From Paramoeba atlantica (lineage: Eukaryota > Protista > Discosea): a stretch of 64,000 nucleotides of DNA. The translations under genes and the position numbers were made by a program. The DNA is taken from positions 620,001-684,000 of the forward strand of contig CDRNVI010000021.1 of NCBI GenBank assembly GCA_977017575.1, written 5' to 3'. The notes beneath the pieces were generated by a model. The model saw nothing but the letters and a program-made list of their open reading frames with translations, was not told the origin of the DNA and made no database searches. Positions 41,963 to 52,748 of this stretch are shown in pieces; the first letter of the stretch is position 1, and each line of letters begins with the position of its first letter.

Positions 41963-42355
41963 ATGTTACGACTGAGTAAACACAGTCTAAGACCTTTCCG
42001 CCAGACCCGTTTTCGTTATGGACGCCCACCTCCGATACCATACTTTCTACACGGAAAGGAGTGGGGTTCGTACGACCCGGAACAAGCTCCACGGGGTTCT
42101 GAGTGCACGGGTCTATTTTGTGTACCGTACACTGGGCTTTTCACTCCTCTACGATTCGTCGATCCTTTCTGGCAGATGAATCGATTTACAGCCCTTGGCA
42201 AGGAAGGGTACTTTTGTACTCCTTTTTTTCTTTTCTTGGGTTGGCTGATCTATTATTACGTACCAATGACTGCGATGTACGGAGATAAGCTCCCACCAGA
42301 GGAAGTAGATTGGAATGATGAAAAGACGGGGTATTTACCAGATAGGTTGCAGTAA
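41963..42355 (+). CDS. Euglenozoan mitochondrial ATP synthase subunit k-like protein
   Basis: Presequence MLRLSKHSLR and one TM segment. The pattern C.G.F..LRFVD..WQMNR..A..E..TP..W..GD..PP..DWN.E.TG.LP matches my recollection of T. brucei subunit k (not verified by search). Confidence 0.6.
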   Translation: MLRLSKHSLRPFRQTRFRYGRPPPIPYFLHGKEWGSYDPEQAPRGSECTGLFCVPYTGLFTPLRFVDPFWQMNRFTALGKEGYFCTPFFLFLGWLIYYYVPMTAMYGDKLPPEEVDWNDEKTGYLPDRLQ

Positions 42356-42897
42356 AGAGTACATTGTTGTGAAGGAGTACCTCATCCTACATTTTTGACC
42401 TCATCCTATATTTTAGAAGGTGTTCGTGCAGATATTTTCGTGTATCTAATTTTCATAAATTATTTAAATTAATAACGTGCACCCTTTAAATTTTCCAATT
42501 ATCTTTTTAGATTTTCAAGTCCATTGAGACCTTTAATTTTTTAAAGTTAAGTTTAATATCAAATCGCACATTTCAAAATAGTACTAACATTCAACAGAAT
42601 TCGGTATTCAGTCCCCCAATTCCATTCTTTTTTTGCTATTCCTAAGAAGGTTGTTTCGCATTGCTTATTGCAATATTTGTTTATATAGCAAACTTATCTG
42701 TTCACTCTTTATCATTATCTTTTAATCGAGTAAGGCGCTGTACTTACTGTATATTATATTCGCTCGAGGTCCACATTGTATTTCTAAGTCCTATAGCTCC
42801 ATTAATCTTGCTTGGAGTCTTAAACGGAGCCCCTCACATCTTGCTTCACAGGACACCGACAATTCACCCACTTGCATCATAACCGTAAATAAGAGCG

Positions 42898-45800
42898 ATG
42901 ATACCAAAACAAATCGATGAATCCTCTACCTCAGAGTTGGGATCATTGAAAAACTCTACTTCCCTAAATACATTAGGTACACCTGAAGACTTTTGTCAGG
43001 CCTCGAATTTTAAAACCAATTTTCTAAGAGAGGAACCGAATACAAATTCACAGTCTAAAAATTCGCCCCATTCACCAGAGTCTAATAAGGACACCACCCT
43101 GGAAGACAATTCCTATTTGGATATGCTAGGTGCGCTTGGTCTGAATTTTTCTAGCACGTCGCCATATACGGGAGAAGCCTCTGAAAATAGTTTTACGTTA
43201 CATTCCATTCAGGAGACTTCTCAAGACAAACCTTTATCTTCCTTTGCTTCAGCCTGGTCTTTTTCAGAATCTGACGAGAAGATAAATGCGAAATTCCCTT
43301 CAGTTAACAGAGACGCGAGCACTATCAAAGCTGCAGCCGATAAAACATATTTTGAATATAACGCACCGAACAACTATCAAGAAACTATTCAGGTTCCTTT
43401 TTCGCCTATCAATAAGATATTGGACTCTGCGGATTCCGCATCTTCATATGCAGGTTCGGACATATCTACGGGTATATGGACTGCGTATGAATTTGCTCCA
43501 GATACAGTCGATGTAACGAACCAAAACAGTGCAGAAATGGAACCGATAGGAAGTGAGGTACGCTGTGGATTCCAGAATACTAAAGAAGATAAATGGGTGG
43601 AAAAGGCTCTTCAAAAAACTCTAACACAGACGGCAAAATCTTTCGAGGTCGACAATGTCTCTTCTTTTGTTGTCAATGACATATCGGAACAACATAGTAC
43701 TAATTTAAAGTTAAATGAAGAAACGAATAATCTGGATCAGATAGAGAACAAAAATCAACCGACATGGGCATTGAGCTCACAAGACTATGCATCAGCCAAA
43801 AAGACGTTACCAGCTCCAACCAACAGCCTTACACCTCCACTGCTAGATTCCGAGGGTAAAACGAATTGTGCAGCATCCTCAGTGGAGCATTCGTCCATCA
43901 ATCTCTTGCCCACTATGACCCATTCCCGTGTAAATCCATCATTTTCCCTTCAAAACACTTCGGAAGATCCGGAAAAGAGGGCAATACATCCGGTAAGTTA
44001 TTTTTCCTCTTCCTGGGCAACCCCTCCGCAGGAAAATAATTCTACTCAAAAGACTAATCCCGTTTTGAAAGAGGTCACGCATTCTAATACTTTTTCTACT
44101 CGGCGTCCCATTGTTCCAGCTATTCCCTTACCTGCACTCCTTGGGACGGACCCTGGGCCCTTTCCATTTCCGGTGAATCAGATTCCTCCCATAGATCGCA
44201 CCACGATATCTTCTCAATTGCAAGAGTTTCCTACCCTCCCATTTCAGCAACGAAATCTCCCGCCCAAGGCAAGCAGCGTCGTGATACCAGGCCCTCCGAA
44301 TGCTCCGCAAGTTGGACAGCTCACAGCTACTCATCGAAAGGACCACTATCTTCCCGTCACTGAAATCTCATCAATGCAACAACAATCTACGGAAAATGTT
44401 CCGGAGGAGGAGCTCGCCTTGACGCACTGCACATGGATTGTCAATCCCGATTTGGAGAGCTATCGCAACGAAGGTGTTAAAGGCACCTCTGGGCAACGTG
44501 GCCCGATGTCCGGTGCAGTTAGCTATCATGTCATTCAATTTCGAAGCCTGATCCAGCACTGCTTTTACCTCCCTATCCCAGAATGGCTCTATGAGACGCC
44601 CAGCGTAAATCTCTATCGCACACCCGAAGGTCTATATGGCTTATTTGTCGGGCAAAGTACATACCGCACTACACCTCTGGTACTGCACTACCTCTTTCGA
44701 CGTATTTGCAACGTTGAGTTGGTATATGTGGAGGTCATGCGCCGACAACCCTGCGCTTTCTTCTACGTTTATTGCCGTACCGAATCGGAACGCTCCCGGG
44801 CAATTGCGTTGCTACACAAAAAAGTTCTCATGGATGCCCACGGTGCATGGGTGGCGAAAACTACAGCGCAGGAAACCGCCCTGCGTGAGTTTGTCTCCAC
44901 CGATCGCGACAAGATGTTCCCCGCAGTACCTTTGCCACGGCAATGCCTTGTGGTGGAGTTACGCACGGCCGTGCGAAACACGCGAGGGGGTCAGTCTTCC
45001 AATGTCAGCTCGACCACCGCACTTCCTACAACTATGGCCCCGGTGCCGCTAAATGCCTCCGTCAATCCTCCTCCTGTGTTGCAACCCCACCGAGACAGGG
45101 CACGGACATCATTTGGGCCTACACAACTGCAAGGCGCTGCCCCTCTCTCCCTGTCACAGTCGCCTTCGTTGCAGTTGCCGAAGACGTTCCCCGGCCCTAC
45201 AGCACCGACACAATCACAGTCTTTAACACTGCCCCTTCACTCGCATTTGGCACAGCATGTGTCCTCTATATCTACTCCACCATCTGGAAGACTTGAAGAA
45301 AAAGAGAAAGAGCGGGCCCCCATGGCGCCACCTCCCACCCCTCCTCTATCCATGAATATGCCACTCCCCACGCCATCGCTCCCGGGTTTGCCACTCCACC
45401 AAGCGAAATATCCAGAATCCATAACACCTCCCTCCCTTCCACCCCTCTCCTCTTCGTCCGATCCACCCCCCTCACAAAGCCTCTCCTCCCTGAACCGCAA
45501 CGCCCCCCAGTTCTTTCCCAGCCACCCCATCCCCCATCCCTCCCCCGATACCCTCTTGTCCACCCCCACCGGCACTGGCGAAACCCGACCTCTGTCTCAC
45601 CCCCACAACCGACAACCCCCCACCCCCCCTTACCCCCTGCCCCCCCACCCTCCTTTCCCCCACGGCGGCTCTACCCCCACCCTCCCCTCCCTACCCCCCT
45701 ATGACCCCAACCGGCCTCATCCCCCCACTACCCGTAGTCATACCCGTGGGAGCAGTAGTAACACACCTACGCTCACTTCACTACCCAGCAACACCAGCAC

Positions 45801-46020
45801 CAGCAACACCACCCTCAGCCCCAACCCTCCCCTCTCTACCCTCCCCCAGCCTCTCCCCCTCCCCCCCGCTGCCCACCCACGGCCAGGGTCCCACCCCCTA
45901 CTCCCCCCCTTCCCCCCTCCCCTGTGGGGCCTTCCCCCCCTACCCCCCCGTGGGCTTCCCCTGGGCGCCCCTCCCCCGATGCCCACGCTCCCGAACACAG
46001 CAAGGGGGGGAGCGTTTCAA

Positions 46021-46052
<32 letters not shown>

Positions 46053-46647
46053 GCAGCCATCTGCTGCTGCAGCTGCAGTTACTCCGGGAATGGCCTCGAG
46101 TCCCTCAGGGGGGTTTGCCCCCGGGAGTGGTGGGAGGGAAGGGGTGACGCAACGGAGAGGTGGAGGGATGGGGATGGGGGGTGCGACGGGGGGCGTGATG
46201 GCTGTAGGGGGGAAAGGGATGGGATGGGGAGAAGGGGGAGGGGGTGAGAGGGAGGGTGGGGGTGTAGGGGGTACAGTGCAACAGGAAGGGGTGGGAGGTG
46301 GGAAGGAGGGGATGAAGAGGGGGTGGGAGGGAAGTATGGAGCAGGGTGTGTCGGGGGTGGTGGTGTCGGAGTTGGAAAACCGGAAAGGGTTGTCGCAGGA
46401 AGTTGACGTGGGTTCTACTACGGAAGTATCGCGTGCCGCAACAAATGTAACTGAGGTGCAGGTGGAAGGAGAAGCGGGGAATCGGAGAATAGCTTCCTCG
46501 GAAGCGGCAGGATTTGCTTCTAGCTCGGTACCAAAGCCTCGGATGGCATTTACTACCACAACTTCTACCATGGAATGGAGCAAAACAAGTCAAGTCATGC
46601 AGCTCAATCGAAATGTGTTCTCCATCGAGCCTGAATCTTTGGAGTGA
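42898..46647 (+). CDS. Large low-complexity protein with central RRM-like domain, Pro-rich region, polyQ and Gly-rich tail
   Basis: 1249-aa ORF with YGLFVGQ..VEVMRRQPCAFFYVYC..AIALLHKKVLMD (RRM-like, about 44630-44980) and a CAG/CAA run at 46021-46056. Confidence 0.7.
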
Positions 46648-47258
46648 GGTATTGGAAGTTTTCTATTTACTTGATAGAGTAGTATCAACAGAGTATATTA
46701 TAATGTTTCTTTAGCGTAAATTGTGCTGAATTCATGTTATAACGGGATGAGTGCCGTTTTAGAAAACGGAAAAGCATTTTTTATGCTCAACAAAACTCAA
46801 ATACTGAAAGGATAGTTTTTTTCTTAAAAATGTTTCATGTATTTTTCATATAGTATCTGGGAAAGTATGCACAGACACAAGCACTTATATAATTTCTCGC
46901 CCTTTGCATAGTATTCATACAATCGGTGCACTTTTTTTCAATCTTTTTGCCGCTGGATATTGTAGTGCTGTCGTTATGAATATTGCTACAGCTGCTAGCA
47001 AATTTAGTAAAATTTCAAAATCAATAGAGTAAATCCGCTCACAACAACTTCTTTCAACAGTTTATCACCCACTATGTTTTGCCTTTAAACTGTGTTTATT
47101 TTTGTGTTTTTGACACTTCACTATTCAAACGAGCACAACTCGAGGCTTGTACTCGAGTCTTATAAGTTTTGTATCATTTGAATAGCACACAAACCTTGGG
47201 AATATATTTCTTTAACAAATTAGATTTTAGTTTCCTCGTAGTTTCTTTGTGCTCGCCA

Positions 47259-48710
47259 ATGTTTCGCTTCCTACGACGTCGTCTTGAACAAAGGAAACTC
47301 ACCGATAAAGAAATTCTAAAACAACTTCGGTGTCAAAAAATTTTACCTCGCGAACTCGAAGCGAAACTACATCCCGACTACACGCGCGCTGTTCACTTGC
47401 GTCGAACTTACATCGAGTCTCTCCTACCCAAGCCAGCGAGGCCGAAAAACACTTCCCAAAAACGTAGCCCAATACCAAACTCCAAAAAAGCCACCCCATC
47501 TACCCTTTCCACCCCCTCTACCACCCCCGACACTCCCCCCGACACCCCCCTCGCCCCCCTCCCCTACCACCCCTACCCCTGGTCCTCCGTCTCCGGCCGC
47601 AACTGCGAAAACGTCATCGGGTTCGTCCCCCTCCCCGTCGGTCTCGCCGGCCCCCTCACCCTCGACGCCCACTACACCCCCCACCTCCCCCTCGCCACCA
47701 CCGAGGGCGCCCTGGTCGCCTCCACCTCCCGCGGCGCCCGCGCCCTCTCCGCCCACCCCCCCGGCGTCACCACCCGTCTCACCCACCCCGGCATGACCCG
47801 CGCCCCCGTGCTCGCGCTCCCCAGCCTCGACCGGGCCGCCGCGCTGCAACAATGGTGCCAGCACCACTTTGCCGAGATCGCAGCCGCCTTCGACGCCCCC
47901 TCCCGGTTCGCCCGGCTCCGGGCCCTCCACGTCACGGTGGCCGGGAACAAGGCGTTCCTGCGGTTCGCCGCGACCACCGGGGACGCCATGGGGATGAATA
48001 TGGTCACCCAGGGGGCCGCCGCCGCGGTGGGGTTCATCACACGCGCCGCGTTCCCCGAGGCCGTGCTCGTGAGCCTCAGCGGGAACGCGTGCGCGGACAA
48101 GAAACCCGCGGCGGTGAACTGGGTACGGGGCCGCGGGCGGGGGGTGTGCGCGGAGGGGGTGCTGTCGGGGCAGACCCTGGGGAGGGTGCTGAAGACCACC
48201 GCGGGGGCGTTGATGGAGGTGCACCATTGTAAGGTGATGTTGGGCTCCGCGGTGGCGGGGTCGGTGGGGGGGTTTAACGCGCACGCGGCGAATGTCGTCG
48301 CGGCACTGTTTGTGGCGTGTGGACAGGATGTGGCGCAGGTTGTGGAGAGCGCGCAGTGTGTGACGGATATGCAGGTGGAGGGGGGGGATGGGATTCGGGT
48401 CTCGGTGACGATGCCTTGTGTGGAGGTCGGTACCGTGGGTGGGGGGACGGAGCTGCCGGCACAGAAGGCGATGCTGCGACTGCTGGGGTGTGCCGGGGCG
48501 TGTGAGGAACGACCCGGGGCGCATGCCGATAAGCTCGCGCGGGTGGTGTGTGGGGCGGTGTTGTGTGGGGAGGTCTCGTTGCTGGCGGCCCAGGCCACAG
48601 GGGACTTGTTGAGTGCACATATGAGGTTGAATCGGGGCCAGGGAGGTGGGTCGTGTGCCCCAGAGGGTGCAAAAAAGGGGAGAAAAGCGGGAAGGAGGGC
48701 TTCGCCTTAA
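47259..48710 (+). CDS. HMGR: Class I HMG-CoA reductase, soluble kinetoplastid type
   Basis: CENVIG, LATTEGALVAS, TTGDAMGMNMV, SGNACADKK, GGFNAHAAN, EVGTVGGGT and GEVSLLAA..HMRLNR. There is no membrane domain. ATG 47259. Confidence 0.95.
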   Translation: MFRFLRRRLEQRKLTDKEILKQLRCQKILPRELEAKLHPDYTRAVHLRRTYIESLLPKPARPKNTSQKRSPIPNSKKATPSTLSTPSTTPDTPPDTPLAPLPYHPYPWSSVSGRNCENVIGFVPLPVGLAGPLTLDAHYTPHLPLATTEGALVASTSRGARALSAHPPGVTTRLTHPGMTRAPVLALPSLDRAAALQQWCQHHFAEIAAAFDAPSRFARLRALHVTVAGNKAFLRFAATTGDAMGMNMVTQGAAAAVGFITRAAFPEAVLVSLSGNACADKKPAAVNWVRGRGRGVCAEGVLSGQTLGRVLKTTAGALMEVHHCKVMLGSAVAGSVGGFNAHAANVVAALFVACGQDVAQVVESAQCVTDMQVEGGDGIRVSVTMPCVEVGTVGGGTELPAQKAMLRLLGCAGACEERPGAHADKLARVVCGAVLCGEVSLLAAQATGDLLSAHMRLNRGQGGGSCAPEGAKKGRKAGRRASP

Positions 48711-48964
48711 CGTGGCATCCATACCACATAACCGTGGAGGTCATCAACATACTCCGTTTATTGATTATTTTCTAAACACTAAGCCTTTGTGTACGTCCAA
48801 AAAAGCATTTAGAAATTTGGTATATCGGGTCTTCTAATTGATATGTACGAGTCAAGTTTCTCTAACGACTTAACAAAGTATGATTCATAATTATTGCAAT
48901 ATTTTTCGGTTTCCTAAAAAACGTCATCCTTGTCGCTGATTCACTTTCCGCAATATTTTCTTAA

Positions 48965-49597
48965 ATGGCGCGCTTGTACTTCGGGTATCTGAGCATTCTT
49001 TCCGAAATCACGGCTGCTGATACTCCCTCCTATTTGCGTCCCAGCAAAATACGCGGTGTCGCTCTTCCTTCTGACTATGAACTTGTGTGTTTCATCCAAA
49101 ATATTTCTAACGCGGACTCCTCCTGGGTACCTGAAAGACCAGCATGCGAGTGGGCGGGTGTGTACTGCAATGCTCGACAAGAGGTAACCGAGGTGAACTG
49201 GGGTGGTAAACAACTACGGGGAACTCCGCGTTGGCAACACCTCCCTGAGACGCTTTTGTCCCTAGACCTTGGTGAGCGTAGTGGCGAATGTAACCACCTT
49301 TGTGGAGAAGTTGATTTTTGTGCACTTTCAAGTAAAATTACGGGATTGAGTTTGGAATTGAACAAGTTCTCAGGAGAGCTGGATTTGGCCAGTCTCCCCC
49401 AAACTTTGGTAGATGTGTTCCTACAAGACAATTTATTTTCCGGAGAAGTGGAGTTCACCAGTTTGCCTTTCGCGCTGCAACGTCTCGATCTATCTGGAAA
49501 TTCTGAGCTGCGTGGGGTGCTACATAGAAATAAAATACCTACCACGGTATCAACTATATGGATTGAAGGAACGAAAATTCGTCTGAAACGGGACTGA
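48965..49597 (+). CDS. LRR protein, dispersed family copy 7
   Basis: SKIRGVALPSDY..ACEWAGVYC cap followed by LRRs. Confidence 0.85.
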   Translation: MARLYFGYLSILSEITAADTPSYLRPSKIRGVALPSDYELVCFIQNISNADSSWVPERPACEWAGVYCNARQEVTEVNWGGKQLRGTPRWQHLPETLLSLDLGERSGECNHLCGEVDFCALSSKITGLSLELNKFSGELDLASLPQTLVDVFLQDNLFSGEVEFTSLPFALQRLDLSGNSELRGVLHRNKIPTTVSTIWIEGTKIRLKRD

Positions 49598-50023
49598 ATG
49601 CGTATTCCGTTCCGTAATAGTCGAAATGGGGTATTTTTGATGGTATTTTTTATCTATGAAAGACAGACTCTGTATTTTGGGGCGAATTTAAAAGAATTTT
49701 TGGGTCGAATTTAAAAGATATTTTGGGGCGAATTCGAAAGAGAATTTAAAAGCATGAACTTGCTCTAGGTTCGTGTTTCAAGTTGAAAACCTTGAAGAAA
49801 CGAAGAGAAAGTTGCGTAAAGGACACTCCTGTGTGCTCCATGGGAGTATCTTATTTTATGAAAAATATTTTTTTCAACTTTTTTTAGGTCTATTTTCCCA
49901 TTAGTTACACGGCTTTTAAAAAAATAGCGTTAAGGATTATGGTTTTTGAGCTCATATTTCCTTTCTTTAAAACATGCTGTACGTCTTTAAGACAGGATTT
50001 AAACTAACTTTTTTCATTAATTT

Positions 50024-51298
50024 ATGACGCGCACCACTCTGGGCACCTGGCGCGGAGGTTTGCCTCGAATTTATTACCCATGGATGAAACCCGGAAGCCT
50101 TACCCGTCGGCACTTTGAAAAGATGCAAAACCCCTATGTGGATCTGGACAATGGTACTTCGATTTATTACCGCGACGTGCGGCAGCCTGCGGAGAGTGCG
50201 TTTGCTCAGGCCGACGCGTATGGCCCGAAGGGTTATGACAGTAATATTGATCTCCACAACGAATACAAGGTGGTTCCTGACGTCTACCCCGAGGGCTTTA
50301 CCTGGCGTCATCGTCTCAACACGGAGTACAACCAGTGGCGCAGCAACACCTGGTGGACACCTGAAATGATGCCCGCCGAGCACCGCGGCAGGTTTCTTTG
50401 TAATTTCTATCTTAACATGGTCGACATAGGCACACGTCGGATAAAGTTTGGACCTTTTGATTCCCGACACTGGAGTTATGTCTCGCTGTATGTTGGCACA
50501 GGAAAAGGAATGGCAGGATTTGGTGATGGCATTGGCCCTTCCATGCGGGAGGCTAAGACGGAGGCCGTTCGTAACGCTTTTGAGAATGTTATTGCAGTAG
50601 ACCTCGAGGATGAGGGGCCACGATACCCAGTAAACATCAACTATGAGGGAAAACGTATCCTACTTTACCCCTCGAATCGAATTTGTGGCCACGCGTTGTA
50701 CGCTGATATCCTGTGCGCCTTTGGGTTTAACCGTGGTGGTGTCAAATATGGACTCACAGCACACCGGACGCAGGGTAACGTCACTCCACTGATTGTCCGA
50801 GGTATTTTTGAGGCGATACGTCGCTACCGTAGCATTAATGAAGTCGCGCACTCCCGAGGTCGCGTCCCTGGTAGTTTATTACATAATTACTACCCCTACC
50901 TTGAGGAAGTGCGTCGGCGGAAGGGAATGATGGCGCAGCATCCTCAGGGAAAGGATCGACCCATGTTGTTTCATCCAAATCGTGTGGTGGACAACCGTCT
51001 GCCGGATCACTTGAAGAAGGGGTATTATGACGACGTTTATTGGCGCGACTTTTTTGCTGGTCAGGACCCTTCCCGACTACACGACCCCAAATTGGGACTC
51101 CGAGGGGATGAACAGCGCTCCCAGCTTACATTGAATCCTAACTACAAGGGTTCCACAACCCCAGGACGCCGCACTCTGGCGGATGTTTTGCAGCGTATGG
51201 GAAAGTCTATGAAGGATTTGTATTCCCTAGAAGTACGTAATCCGTATATTGATCAACCTATTTCGGAGCATTGGAAAGAAACGTATCCTTACACTTGA
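50024..51298 (+). CDS. MRPS5: Mitochondrial ribosomal protein uS5m (kinetoplastid type)
   Basis: S5-type core SLYVGTGKGMAGFGDG..EAKTEAVRNAFENVIAV..ADILCAFGF, with long Trp/Tyr-rich extensions. Confidence 0.75.
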   Translation: MTRTTLGTWRGGLPRIYYPWMKPGSLTRRHFEKMQNPYVDLDNGTSIYYRDVRQPAESAFAQADAYGPKGYDSNIDLHNEYKVVPDVYPEGFTWRHRLNTEYNQWRSNTWWTPEMMPAEHRGRFLCNFYLNMVDIGTRRIKFGPFDSRHWSYVSLYVGTGKGMAGFGDGIGPSMREAKTEAVRNAFENVIAVDLEDEGPRYPVNINYEGKRILLYPSNRICGHALYADILCAFGFNRGGVKYGLTAHRTQGNVTPLIVRGIFEAIRRYRSINEVAHSRGRVPGSLLHNYYPYLEEVRRRKGMMAQHPQGKDRPMLFHPNRVVDNRLPDHLKKGYYDDVYWRDFFAGQDPSRLHDPKLGLRGDEQRSQLTLNPNYKGSTTPGRRTLADVLQRMGKSMKDLYSLEVRNPYIDQPISEHWKETYPYT

Positions 51299-51574
51299 AG
51301 CTGTCTGTTTTGCTCAGGGTATGTCCGGAGCAACCTTTTTATTATTTTTGAAAATTAATCTTTACTAACATTGGCTCTCTATTGGAGAGTCTCTAGTATC
51401 GACGTTTGGTTTGCATAGTTCTAAGTCAAAGAAATAAAAAAAAATCTCTTATTACTTTTCTACGTTTTATTTGCTCTCCCAGTACACAGTAGTGTACGAC
51501 AATACACAATACGTAGCAATACATGTAGCATGCAAATCACCTTGTAAAACGTTTTCTCTTGAAACTTCTATTTC

Positions 51575-52477
51575 ATGTCATTTTCTGCACTTGTGTTCTC
51601 GTTCTTCATCCAGAAATATTTTATTGGTTTCCACCTTTTCGTCTGCTTTTCTCACTGTCAAACCAAGGAATCGTACGACTCCCTGCGGAGTTCCAAAATT
51701 GGTGGGTCTAACTTGCCTCTCCATTTGCAAATGTCCCGCTTATTCCAACCTATTCGGAATCCTCACCCCTCGTGGAAGGAAGGAACACACGCTAGTACCT
51801 GGTATGGAATCGGTATAAGCAATAGTACAATCCGAATCAACTTGGCTGGTATCGGCAATCATACTCGTTTTCGTGGATCTCTTCACTGGTCTCACATGCC
51901 GCATGGAGTGGAGTTAATATCACTCCATAAGAATCTTTTCAATGGAACTCTGCCCTTAGGTTTGCTTCCCGATAGTATAAAAGAAATGTACGTCTCGCAG
52001 AACCGGTTTTCTGGAAGGCTTGCTTTGGATGAGCTTCCCGCCTCTATTGAGTTTGCTGATTTCTCTGAGAACCTTTTTTACGGAAATTTGCAATTAGAAA
52101 ATCTTCCTCAAGGGTTGGTATCTCTGAATGTAAACCATAATCAGTTTCAGCATGGTCTTGAACTATCGCAGTTGCCTCTGTCGTTGCAGGAGTTAGACGT
52201 CGGTCATAATCAGCTCACTGGTGAAATTTGCCTGTCTTGCCTTCCCAAGCAGATGAGTCTCATTATTATCTCTCACAATCATTTGAGTGGTCTTATCGAT
52301 CTTATATCGCTGCCTGAATCTATGTCACACCTTGATTTGTCATCGAATCAATTTACTGGACATGTTGATTTGGAATTAATTTTTATTCCTGCAATCAATG
52401 TTGATTTTTCCCGTAATTTTTTATCTTTTGAGGGCGTAAGACATTCGCGATATATTTGCGAGCCACAAAAAACGTAA
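51575..52477 (+). CDS. LRR protein, dispersed family copy 8
   Basis: SKIGGSNLPLHL..ASTWYGI cap followed by about 8 LRRs. Confidence 0.85.
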   Translation: MSFSALVFSFFIQKYFIGFHLFVCFSHCQTKESYDSLRSSKIGGSNLPLHLQMSRLFQPIRNPHPSWKEGTHASTWYGIGISNSTIRINLAGIGNHTRFRGSLHWSHMPHGVELISLHKNLFNGTLPLGLLPDSIKEMYVSQNRFSGRLALDELPASIEFADFSENLFYGNLQLENLPQGLVSLNVNHNQFQHGLELSQLPLSLQELDVGHNQLTGEICLSCLPKQMSLIIISHNHLSGLIDLISLPESMSHLDLSSNQFTGHVDLELIFIPAINVDFSRNFLSFEGVRHSRYICEPQKT

Positions 52478-52748
52478 AAAAAATGAGTACTTCTTGACCA
52501 AATGAGCACTTGACCAGAAGAATAGATAACTTTTCCCATTTTGGTCTGTATGCATTAAAAGTTTTAAATTGCCTGGAAAATTGCATTAACCCTCTTGGTG
52601 TTAATTGAACTGTTTTATTTTTTTGTAAGAAATAGATCATATGAAAAACTTTTCAAATCTTGTCTTCAAGTCTTTAAAAAAGAGGAGCAACAACTCTTAA
52701 AAAGCCAAAATATAATCTTTCTTACTTTTGAACTTCCACATAAACATA

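Noticed and set aside
47424-48722. Long minus-strand and alternative-frame ORFs over HMGR (also 53640-54446, 22300-22953, 46017-46583, 7796-8293)
   Set aside because: These are shadows of real + strand genes in GC-rich, stop-poor islands. They have no recognisable motifs and run against the polycistron.
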